Positions 11,901 through 21,638 of a stretch of 64,000 bases of DNA are shown here, piece by piece. The stretch covers positions 3,041-67,040 of the forward strand of contig JAISUD010000027.1 in NCBI GenBank assembly GCA_031272265.1, in the 5' to 3' direction. Made by a program: the position numbers and the translations under genes. The notes beneath the pieces were generated by a model. It worked only from the letters and a program-made list of their open reading frames with translations, searched no databases and was not told the origin of the DNA. Origin of the DNA: Endomicrobium sp. (lineage in GTDB: Bacteria > Elusimicrobiota > Endomicrobiia > Endomicrobiales > Endomicrobiaceae). How positions within the stretch are numbered: position 1 is the stretch's first letter; every line of letters starts with the position of its first letter.

Positions 11901-12239
11901 AAATTAAACAAGATAACTACCCCGGTCTTTTTGAAAAAAATGAATATCTCAAATAATTATGAATTTATAATTTGTTTTTTGGCATTGATGTTATCAGGAT
12001 AATGCCTTCTTAACCCATTCTATATTTTATATTATATAATAATTGATGTTGTCACTGGATTTTGTTGTGTATTTTTAATTTGACTTTAAAGTAGTGCCGT
12101 CAAGCGCTTGGGAGCGCGTCCATAGATACTGTGATTTCAGAATCCCTAGGGCAAATGAACGAAATATACCGAAATGTCGCCACTGATTATGTCGGAGATA
12201 CATTTTGCAAGAGAAGCAAAAAAATCCATTGACAAGAAA

Positions 12240-12450
12240 GATGATATGAAGAAAATAGTATTAAGTGGAACAAGAGCTGGAGATGAGAGACGAAGAGAAA
12301 ATATAAAAGAGATTTTAGTATAGTACAATAATGATGTGTTGCAATTATTTAAGGAGACTCTAATTCTCACACCGCAAAATCAAATACTTCCTGTTTAGTG
12401 TTGGGAGTACGAAGAAATTGCAGTAGTCATGTATAAGGGTGCGGTTAGAT
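12240..12450 (+). pseudogene. KSYEK/LQLP subtype fragment
   Basis: YNNDVLQLFKETLILTPQNQILPV then WEYEEIAVV. Confidence 0.6.
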
Positions 12451-12684
12451 AATTTAGATACCAAATAAAGACGATGTTTATGATATTCTCTTTATCTGAA
12501 AAAGATTGAGTAGAGGGCAACGGATATAAATAAACTTATAAAATTTATTAGACTGAATTTGAAGTTCTACAAAGACAAGTCGTCAAGTCAAACTGAATAG
12601 CAGAAGAGTAAGCTGATATATCGTCAAGGCAGACTGAATTATAATAAATTAGTGCTTTAAAACTGAAACAAGAAGGAGAGTAAG

Positions 12685-12939
12685 ATGAAAGGGGTCACGC
12701 TAGCGTTAATTTTTTTTCAATTGTTTGTGTTTGGGTGTACTTCTAATGTTAGTTTAAAAGAACATCCGCACGGTAAATCACCACCGCCTGATTATGATTA
12801 TACTCTAAGTGCCGAAGACATGAAAGGAACTTTGGGGTTTGTCGCTGTAGTTGGTACGATTCTCGCAGTTATAGTATATTTTAATAAGAACTGTTGTATC
12901 CGTCGCTATTTCTGTCCATGTTGCAATAAAAAAAACTAG
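12685..12939 (+). CDS. Intact small array family lipoprotein with TM and Cys-rich tail
   Basis: AAGGAG RBS; MKGVTLALIFFQLFVFGC, Pro spacer, TM, NKNCCIRRYFCPCCNKKN. Confidence 0.8.
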   Translation: MKGVTLALIFFQLFVFGCTSNVSLKEHPHGKSPPPDYDYTLSAEDMKGTLGFVAVVGTILAVIVYFNKNCCIRRYFCPCCNKKN

Positions 12940-13504
12940 TCTACTTCTAAGAGCTTTAAGCTAACAGATGGAAAGTATGTGAAACTACCTGCCGTTGTTT
13001 CACGGAGAGAACTGGGCGCACCCAGGAGTATAAAGTAAAACTCCAAAGTTTGAAAGGGCATCGCAAACACAGACTTCCTAATACTGGACTTATATGGAAA
13101 TTATACTAGACGCGGTAAATATTACGGTTATCCTCTAAAAAGAAAGGAGGAGAAATTGTTGCACGCTTGGAAACAGTTATATTTTAGTGACGATACCGAT
13201 TATAGATTGGAAGTTGCAAAGAGAGGGAAAAAGAATGTTGAATGTAAACGTCGATTTTGGGAAAGAGCGGTGAAACCCAGAAACTGAGAACTTCCAAAGT
13301 AATCTGAAAGAAGTGAAAAGTAGTTTAGATAATTGCATACAAATCAATATTACTTTGCCTTGAGAAGATAAGGAAAGGAAAATAAAAACAGGTAGATGGT
13401 GGTATCTTCTGCTGGTGGTTGCTATTCCGTTTTCAGCCTGCTTACAAGGGAGTGAGAGATAAAATTGCCCTCCGAAAAAGAGATGAGAAAAACAAAAGGG
13501 GCGA

Positions 13505-13880
13505 CAATGGACAACGCGTTAATCTTGTTTTAGTTGCTCGGGCGTACGAAATAGCCTCAGTGCTATTTCTTAATCCTCCTGAGAAAATGATAAAGTAAGA
13601 ACAAAGCATAAGACAAGAAAAAAACGCAGACAAAACAGGAGCAGACAGAAAGGAACAAAACAAAGAAAGAGGGAAAAATAAAAAAGGCAGCAACAGCATT
13701 AGCTGTGTTGCAGTTGTTCAGATGTAGCGGGCATCCTAATGTTATCGTTAGTTCTTCAGGGGTGCGAGCACAGCAATAAGCGGAATTAAAACAAGAGGTG
13801 AGGGAAAATCACATGAAAATGCTTTTCAGTAATGATATGATGGAGTATTGCAATTACCCTGAAAGGGATTCTTGTGACAA
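13505..13880 (+). pseudogene. Two adjacent decayed family members (13505 and 13678)
   Basis: ALILF*LLGRTK*P; IKKAATALAVLQLFRCSGHPNVIVSSS..EGKSHEN..YDGVLQLP. Confidence 0.7.
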
Positions 13881-14331
13881 TTGTCAGAGGTGATAAAAAC
13901 AGAGCAGTCAGATGAAGGAGAATTAACGATTGACACTGGCGTCCAGCTTTACACGCAAATTAATAGCGGGATATGTTCTGCCAGAGTGCAACAAGACAAT
14001 ACTTTTTTATCAGTCTCAGAAATATATAAGCGGAGATTCTCTCTCCTCATATTATTACTAACGCGAATGTCTGAAAGACTGAGGCAGTGAATGTCCTCCG
14101 AAAGGTTCCTCTCTCTCAGACACCATACTGAATAGGAACGGGATAGGAAGCGACAGATATTGTTGACTGTCAGTGTTATCATTTTGACAAATTTGTATTA
14201 TAGTAAAAGCACACCTGCTGTATGTCGATTATAGTTAAGATTGTTTACGGAAGTGCTTCTATTGTTCCTGTTATTTCAGTGACTAACTCAATAATAATAA
14301 GGTATATTTAGAGCGGAAAAAGGAAACTAAA

Positions 14332-14440
14332 ATGAAAGAGGCGATGACAGTATTAGCGTTGTTGCAAATTGTTTGAGTGTGTACTTAATCTGGATATTGT
14401 TGGTGTTTCTTATGAAGTAGAATCTATTAATAGGAGATGA
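14332..14440 (+). pseudogene. Array family member
   Basis: MKEAMTVLALLQ/LFECVLNLDIVGVSYE. Confidence 0.6.
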
Positions 14441-14820
14441 AATAAGAAGTAAGATGAGTGCCTACAACTCTTAATTTAACTTCTGTTGAGCTATTTCCAC
14501 GTAGGAGATATTGAAAAAATGCAGCAGATACGTTAACATTGCAGTAATCCGTAACATAGCAAGAATATTTTAATTGCAGAGGCATCCTGACTATGGAATT
14601 CCTCAGACTATAGGAGGAAATATCAAGCATTTTCTCTTTGAAACATCTGGAGGGGTACGAAGCGTTGTGAAAAATGCAATAGCATTATTTCCAACTTTGC
14701 TGATTGCCGAAAAGGATGTTAAGTGAAAACTTCAATAAGTGTAAGGGTGACAAAGAAAAGAAAGTATAGAAATGCAAAAACAAGGGAAAAATAAACGAAC
14801 TAGATTAAAGAGGGAAAGTG

Positions 14821-15200
14821 ATGAAAAGATCGCATTAGCATTAATTTTGTTTCACTAGTATATAAAAAATAGAAGATAACAATAATAATAAATAGTACGC
14901 AACAAATAGACAAAAGTTTCAAATAGACAACGTTGATAGTGACTGGTGTTGCGGCGGGTGTTTTATGAATGGACACAATACCTCTTTTTAAAAAATGCTG
15001 TGGTTAATGATATGTTTGTTAGGAAGAAAAACAAAAGGGTTGCGATAACGTTAATTTTGGTGTATATACGGGACGGGGCAGTCTAACGAACGAAAATCAT
15101 ATGAAAAATGCCGTAATGATGATATGTTGCAATTGCAGGACGGGACTTCATTTTCTGATACAAGGTCTGCGTCATGCTGGTGTTATTGGAAAATAACGGT
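14821..15200 (+). pseudogene. Two decayed family members (14821 and ~15037)
   Basis: MK/IALALILFH*..TLIVTGVAAGVL*..FKKCCG*; RVAITLILV..NERKSYEKCRNDDMLQLQ..WCYWKI. Confidence 0.6.
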
Positions 15201-15642
15201 AAACAAGGCAGTGCTGTAACTGAACGCGGCAACAAATGCCGCCCTCTTCACTTTATCATTGTAGGGTCCGCTAAGTTGTGAGTCAATTTTCTGTTCTCAT
15301 GCCCTCTGTCTATTATGTATTAAAAGGGTGTGTCTTACAGATTTGGTTATATAGTATAGTTTATTATAACTGAACGAATACAGTCCATAACATATTGACA
15401 GTGTGCGTTGTAAAAGCATTATTTTTTTAGAAAAAGAGAAACAATAAAAAGAATAGCGATAATATTAATTTTATCATTACTGGGGGTAGCGAAAAAAAAT
15501 AACGATTAAAACAAGAGACTCTACCTCCTATATAAAATTTTGGTTATCACTTTACTGGCTATAATCACAAGTTCTCGCCTGAAAATCGCGCAACCATCTT
15601 TTTTACCAGCGTCTAATATAGGATATGTCAGATAATCTATGT

Positions 15643-15939
15643 CTATTGAGTATTTGCCTTCGTCTGCTCATTCTCTAGTGACTCTGACCCTATTATAATG
15701 TATCCAGGCTTCGTTTTAGTCCATCTATCATTGTTGCAACAATGATTAATAGCAACTACGATGATTGCAAGACAACAAATATAATTCACAGTAGGCATAG
15801 TCTCGTCGCGGAGTTTTGAAAGTTCTGAGATAAACGTCGGTGTCCTAGATGCTTGATAAGGGTCTGGTTTTATTATGATGTCCGGGTGACTACAAGAGCT
15901 AAACAATAATACTAAAATACTAAGCAGAACAGAACGCAA
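15643..15939 (-). CDS. Array family lipoprotein with TM (start uncertain; ATG at 15955 is out of frame)
   Basis: RSVLLSILVLLFSSC-SHPDIIIKPDP, TM YICCLAIIVVAINHCC. Confidence 0.7.
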   Translation of the reverse strand: MRSVLLSILVLLFSSCSHPDIIIKPDPYQASRTPTFISELSKLRDETMPTVNYICCLAIIVVAINHCCNNDRWTKTKPGYIIIGSESLENEQTKANTQ

Positions 15940-16599
15940 TAATCTTTTGGAACATCTTTATACCTCTTTCTTAAAGAATAGTTTATTTTAATTATTTAAT
16001 CTTCCATCTTGCGAAACATACATAATCCTACGCTGTAATCATAAGCTACTTTCGCCTACGCTTCACATTTACTAATGGTTCCCTCTATAATCGAGATATT
16101 AAATCTGTAAAATCCGCACTAAAATCTTAGGTCTTCCTGTTATTCCTTTTTTAATATTGATGTTACTTTTTCCTTTAACGCCGTTGTTTATATCATTTTA
16201 ATTACTTCTTACAATTTTTTATATTGCCATACTCGTCGTTTTCAGGATGTGTATAGCCGTTATTCTGCACCTCCTAGTCGTCTAACGAGTTCCTCAGCCA
16301 TTCCGTCATATCCTTTATTGCGCCTAGTACGCGCTTTTAGCTTAGAAGCACTACCTCTGCAGCGTGCCGCCTTTTAATTTTCCCTAAAATTAACTCCCAC
16401 TCTAACGCGTCTATTAATTCCTGTTTTCACACGACTGAAAACCATCCTTAATATTGTCCTTAAACTCACAAATTTTATACAAGACATCACAACGCATATA
16501 TCGTACTGTTATATATAGCGTATATTAATCCTAAATTACAATCAATAAAACTGCCCTTATGGTAACAAAGAAAAAAGTTTAGCATTAACTCTAACTCCA

Positions 16600-16957
16600 A
16601 CTATCTATAAATAATAACTACTGGGCGCTACTAAGGACAATTATCTTTTCCTGCACTACACCCATGCTAATATAATCTAGCTTGGAATATGCAGCGTTTA
16701 ATTTTGCAGCACAGGAACAAAGTTCTGACAGACAACTCCCACATGCCGTCATTACACCCTCATTGCAGACTTTTTCATATTAATTTCCTTCGTCTCCCGG
16801 GCTCTACATGTTCACTCACGTCTGTTCCGTCAACACTCTTTTTTTACATGTTCTCCCCACTTTATAAACTTCTCGAGAGAACTAACAATAACGTTAAGTT
16901 GTCCCATTTTCCCAAACAACTGAAACCCAATTAATGCTACTATTACAACTTTTTCGT
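16600..16957 (-). pseudogene. Inverted KSYEK/LQLP subtype member
   Basis: KVVIVALIGFQLFGKMGQLNVIVSSLE; minus-strand TTGTTCCTGTGCTGCAAAATTAAACGCT matches TTGATTCCTGTGTTGCAAAATCAAACGCT at ~2000. Confidence 0.7.
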
Positions 16958-17451
16958 CTTGCTTGTTTCTTTTCTCTTCTTACAATTTATATGTCTTAAT
17001 ATAATTTGACCGACTATCTGCGTCAATACAAATCCTGAAGTTTCGTTTTTATGAACTTTGTTAACTTCAAATTGGGACTGATTAACATGTACTGACTAAT
17101 CGTCCACTCTGACAGTTTACGTTCTATTTTATATAGTAATAAATAAATGTGTCTGAGTCTCAGATATATTCAGTACCGTGTAAGTTTATTTATAATCTCT
17201 TAATTAGCAATATCAAGATTGGTTGAGTCCAACACTGTTAGCAGATAATCTTCTTGCGCTTATAACTCTCCTAAAGTTTCTCGGCGGGCATTACTTCAAA
17301 AACATCGTTTCCGAACGCGATAACAGCTTATTTAATTATACATTTTCTCCTCGCATTATGCAACATTTGGTTGTTTTTGTTTTTTATTGTGTATATAAAG
17401 CCATTCTTAATGTCATAATGACGACATTTATGTCTCGTTCCCGAACTAATT

Positions 17452-17694
17452 ATGTATGTTCTTTCTCGCTATTATGAGGCGACGCCATCAATCAATGCAG
17501 AAAGAATTACGGAACCCAATGAAGACGAAAAGGGTACCCGCTTCAGTTTGGCGTCTGTATTTTATTGCACTAACAAGGAGATATTTACGAAACTGTTATC
17601 AGAAAATTTTACAAGCATCGTTGAACTGGAAAGTCTCTATAGGGAGACACGCACGAAACTCATTCGCAAACATAAAAAGGCAATGAAAATATAA
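17452..17694 (+). CDS. Hypothetical protein or fragment with a decayed tandem duplicate at ~17760-17930
   Basis: ORF containing NKEIFTKLLSE, repeated ~290 bp downstream; followed by a hairpin. Confidence 0.4.
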   Translation: MYVLSRYYEATPSINAERITEPNEDEKGTRFSLASVFYCTNKEIFTKLLSENFTSIVELESLYRETRTKLIRKHKKAMKI

Positions 17695-17700
17695 ATCTAA

Positions 17701-17726
17701 TCCCTCCTCCTGCGAGGGAGGGGGGA
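17701..17726 (+). terminator. GC-rich hairpin, terminator-like
   Basis: TCCCTCCTCCT-GCGA-GGGAGGGGGGA then CATTTATT. Confidence 0.5.
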
Positions 17727-17929
17727 CATTTATTATACTGTTTTATCGGCGTAAGAACTGAGATTCACAATAAAGCGAGTATAGAGAACTTTTAGAGGTA
17801 TCATGAAGAGAGCAGGGGGGGCGTTTATCCAGTTTTGCCTTCGTTTTTTACGTTCTAACAAGGAGATATTTACAAAACTGTTATCAGAAGATGTTGTAGG
17901 CATCGTCGGATTGAAAAGTTCGCGCAAGG

Positions 17930-18101
17930 TTATAGCGACTATCACGTGTGCTACGGTTTTTTCAATCCAAAATTTTTGCTGAGGTGCCGGGTCTGCTTTT
18001 TCTACTCCCACTTTTGTCGGTTTAACAACTATGATCGGGCTGCCTAGCGCAATCCATCAACTGCAGCAATATTAAATTAATGCTGCTGCTATCCTTTTCA
18101 T
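17930..18101 (-). pseudogene. Array family member
   Basis: AGGAG RBS; MKRIAAALI/LILLQLMDCARQPD/IVVKPTKVGVEKADPAPQQKFWIEK. Confidence 0.7.
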
Positions 18102-18899
18102 CTTTTACTCCTATCCAGAAAAAGGATTAGATTCTCCCTTTCTTCACGTCATTAGTAAACGATTCAAAACACATATGAAAATAAATTTTGAATGAGGGAT
18201 GATACACTTCTATTTAAAGCAGACAATCCTGAATTATCCTTTCAGTTGCTTTTCTATGTGATGTTCTGGGACATCTTTTTGCATTTGCAACAAAATCCAA
18301 CTAAAAAAGTATACATAGAATATGCATATATCCTTTCTCTTTTCTTCGCTTTTAGGATAATACAAATTCATTATTTTTCGTGCAATCTTTTAAACATTTC
18401 CTTATTTGATGGTACCCTAAAGTAGCAAATATTTTCTTCGGAAGTTCCTTTTCCTTATGATCATTATGATCATTTTTATTGTCTTCTATTGCCACCATTT
18501 CAAATAACAAGTCAATTATCTTATTCTTTTCATTACTGGGTTTGATTATGGTATCCTCCTTTTATCACTTTCTTTTGCTCACTATTACCTTACACTTATT
18601 AGTTTACATATTTTGTTAGGAGCTTGTATACTCTTTAATATTTTCATATTTTATTTGCATAATATGCTCGAGTATTTTTATCTTAGCCTTATACACTTGA
18701 TACTGCTCGTACTTAATCCGACTGAGACACGAGGGGGGGGGTAATACTTATACTTTAATAGTTGTTATGTTATGTTTGCATTAATGCGTCCAGCAAGCAG
18801 TACCTATCTCCAGCCATAATCTCCCTCATGCTGCGACAAGTTTCGTGCATAATTTACAGAGAGAAAAAGAGGAAGAGTGGTATTCTCCTGTCTTTTTGC

Positions 18900-19251
18900 A
18901 TATTCCCGACAACTCAGTCAATCCTGAATCATTGCATCACCCCTCTATTTAGACGATGAGGCGTCTCCTCAGTTTCACACGGCGTTGCTTTCTCTAAATT
19001 GTCATTTGGCGATGGTATCTTACCTTTCTTCCACCACCTATGCCCAAAATATCCTGCAATACACACCGCTATAATACATTCACAATTTTCCTATAATTCC
19101 AGTGTAAGGCAGTCTGCGGTACCGGTTCAGGAGTTGGAGTCTCAGGTTCCGGTGCCCATTTTGTCTCAAGAGAAATAGCGGTAACACCAAACTACCCGGC
19201 GCATTCCGTCAACCATAGCAAAATTACGTTACAGTACAGTTATTTTTTCGT
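18900..19251 (-). pseudogene. Array family member
   Basis: AAGGAG RBS; VILLWLTECAG*FGV..APEPETPTPEPVPQTALHWNYRKIV. Confidence 0.65.
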
Positions 19252-20123
19252 CTTATTCTCCTTTAAGAACCTCCTTTTTTCCTCTTGAAAATCTATTTCG
19301 GATAGTACATAAAAATAGCATATCAGTTCCCATTGTTCTTCCTTTTCCCTGTACCTGCCTAATAAATGTGCCTCTTTCTTGTTTAATCTCCTCATCAGTT
19401 GTTTTTGCAGTTTTTCTTGATAATCCTTCACTTCTCCTTTGCCAAGAATGCTGTTAAGTCGCATTTTCAATGAATGAAGGATAATAATTATAATATGCTT
19501 AAACTGATTTTTAATTTATATACTAATCATATGCCTTTCTGCAATTATGATAACTGTTTTGGTTGTTAGCACTCCGTTTATAATTTATAATGATATTTGC
19601 CACTTTTGACGTAGTACGCACGAGATTATATTTAAATATTTAAAGCGGTGGAAAAAAAGGGAAAGCTCGAAGAGGAATAAAAATAAAACGGTAGATTCTA
19701 AGCAGAATTTTTGTTCCGCGGCTCGTCGTTAACGTCCGTGTTTTTTCTCTAAATTACTGTCTCACGTCTTGTCATGTTTTGTAAAAGAATTTATTTTTTT
19801 ATTCTGTTTGATATACTTAAAAGAAGTGTCTTTAATTGTAGAGTTGTTTTTAGCGGCTCGTTTTGGGATATTTCCTTCTGCCAAACCAATAACTTTGACG
19901 CGTTTTCGGCGTATTTTTCGCCTATTCAGGTTAAAACTTTCTTACTTTCCTGAGATATGATATAAATTGCAGTTAGAATAGTAAAATTACTAGAACAGTC
20001 ATAGTTTCCTTAGTCTTTGATATTATGATGTAATTTTACAGATGAGGTGATTATACCTGTTCCACTCCCTAATACCAATCGTGCCGAGCAAAAAATAAGG
20101 AGACATTAATTATATATTATATC

Positions 20124-20365
20124 ATGTATAAGTGTAAGGTATTTTGTTATATAATAACTGTCTATATTGTTGTGTTGGCAGGGTGTGCTTCACCGTCGCT
20201 AAATGCATTAGAGGTAATAAGTAAGAATCAATTTGTTTTAAATGGAAAACTGGGTAAGCTGTGGTTGGAGAAACAGTAAAGAAAATTGAAGACCTTGAAG
20301 CAAAAATAAATTCCATTAACGAAAGTTATATTAAGATACTGGAAGAATTAAGAAAACGTCAGTAA
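20124..20365 (+). pseudogene. Small coiled-coil lipoprotein, one frameshift
   Basis: MYKCKVFCYIITVYIVVLAGC (LAGC lipobox); shift near 20255 into AVVGETVKKIEDLEAKINSINESYIKILEELRKRQ*. Confidence 0.55.
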
Positions 20366-20474
20366 GAAATTTAGAAATTATAAATGAGAAGAACAATTAT
20401 GGAAATAATGAGATAATTTGGAAACAGATAGCGGATTAAACTTTGCAGTAGTAAATTTTTAAGTTATGATAAAA

Positions 20475-20790
20475 TCTTGTTTTATAGCTTCCTTACTCTC
20501 TAAGATATGATATAGTATGTGAGCGCTAAATGGTTGAAAAATCAATTAATTTGGTGTTTTCTATTTATCGTTCGGTTTGGCATTATTCCTTTTTTTATTG
20601 TGTTGCTTTGTTTTTTTATACGTATTTTGTTGTCAATACTTAGGCTGCTAGGATAAGAAGGGTGAATCTTTTCAGGATTGAAAGAAATAAAAATGCCAAT
20701 GTTGTTATGTATGACGTTATGAACAATATAGACAGATCATCGCCGATAGCCGTGATTAGATTTTATACGTTAAAAATAAAGACGCAACGC
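20475..20790 (+). pseudogene. Internally deleted duplicate of the DUF4833 gene and its upstream region
   Basis: AGGATTGAAAGAAATAAAAATGCCAA.GTTGTTATGTATGACG and the upstream hairpin recur at 20810-21250. Confidence 0.75.
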
Positions 20791-21053
20791 CCTCGTACCG
20801 TTGCCCAATTCCTTTTGTTGTTATGGCTTTTTACTCTCTAAAATTATGATATAATAAACGTCAATTAAATATTTTATTTGCTTCTGTTATAGTGATAATA
20901 AAAAAGGCAAGCGCCAAATGATTGAAAAATCAGTTAATTTGGCGTTTTCTGTTTGTCAGAGTCGGTTTAGCATTATTCTTTTTTTGTTGTGCTGCTTACA
21001 TATTAATAATTTTTATAATTACCGAAATTTTTTAATTAGGAGGGAATATAACG

Positions 21054-21569
21054 GTGAGGATGTTAAGAATTTTTCTTGCGGTGTTTATTGTTTTAACATT
21101 TGCAGTTTTTTTTCTCAATCCTTTGATTGCCATAGGGAGGAGAGTGAACCTTTTTAGGATTGAAAGAAATAAAAATGCCAACGTTGTTATGTATGACGCC
21201 ATATTAGATTCTAACGGCAACATAGACAGTTCGTCTCCAATAGACTCGTATTGGATTTTATATGCTAGGAGGGGGGAGCGCAGCGAAATAAATACCATTG
21301 AAAAAAAAGCATATGGATTTAATGCTGTATATAATAGTAGAGGATATTATGATTTGACTTTAAGAGCTGCTCCCGACGTGAATATAAAAGTCGTTATGGT
21401 GGACGACGAACCTAAAGCCGTGATTAAAATAAATAATAGAGACGCCTATCTTTCAACAATTTTTGTTTTCGCCGAAGGCAATTTAGTTCCCAGCGTTTTG
21501 TATTATACTCTGACAGGCACTGATGTTAAGGATGGAGTAAGGATTACGCAGAGAGTAAATGTGGACTGA
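21054..21569 (+). CDS. DUF4833 family secreted protein
   Basis: Signal peptide; LFRIERNKNANVVMYD, PIDSYW and EKKAYG motifs; GGGAAT RBS-like sequence before GTG. Confidence 0.7.
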   Translation: MRMLRIFLAVFIVLTFAVFFLNPLIAIGRRVNLFRIERNKNANVVMYDAILDSNGNIDSSSPIDSYWILYARRGERSEINTIEKKAYGFNAVYNSRGYYDLTLRAAPDVNIKVVMVDDEPKAVIKINNRDAYLSTIFVFAEGNLVPSVLYYTLTGTDVKDGVRITQRVNVD

Positions 21570-21638
21570 TTGTGCTTATATTGATTGACTCCGTGCACTC
21601 GGAAAATCGGAAAAAATGGCTGTTTATTTTTAAATTTT

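Larger units (their letters stand above)
224..19251. repeat. Tandem array of ~28 paralogous lipoprotein/TM genes, mostly pseudogenes
   Basis: Recurrent AGGAG-like RBS followed by an MK(K/R)I..xLxLxQLxGC..(Q)PN(I/V)(I/V)V-like N-terminus on + from 224 to 15444 and on - at 15939, 16957, 18101 and 19251. Confidence 0.85.

Noticed and set aside
12099-12129. GTCAAGCGCTTGGGAGCGCGTCCATAGATAC as another CRISPR repeat after an AT-rich leader
   Set aside because: It has a small hairpin, but the 3' end matches ATTGAAA too poorly.
3372-13533. TAA/TAG reassigned to Gln (as in some protists) as an explanation for the stops
   Set aside because: Housekeeping genes in the window end normally at TAA/TAG, and the same pseudogenes also carry frameshifts, TGA stops and mutated start codons.
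15200-16100. Replication terminus or dif site at the skew switch
   Set aside because: No convincing XerC/XerD site, and the skew reverts after ~4 kb, following gene orientation.
224-19251. Integron cassette array, diversity-generating retroelement or shufflon
   Set aside because: No integrase, reverse transcriptase or invertase was recognised, and I saw no attC-like palindromes or near-identical template/variable repeat pairs.
314-19470. Many short Phe/Leu/Ser-rich ORFs in the track (e.g. 1739-2023, 2834-3409, 6553-6798, 8287-8688, 13442-13699, 16689-16934)
   Set aside because: They are antisense shadows of purine-rich family pseudogenes on the other strand.
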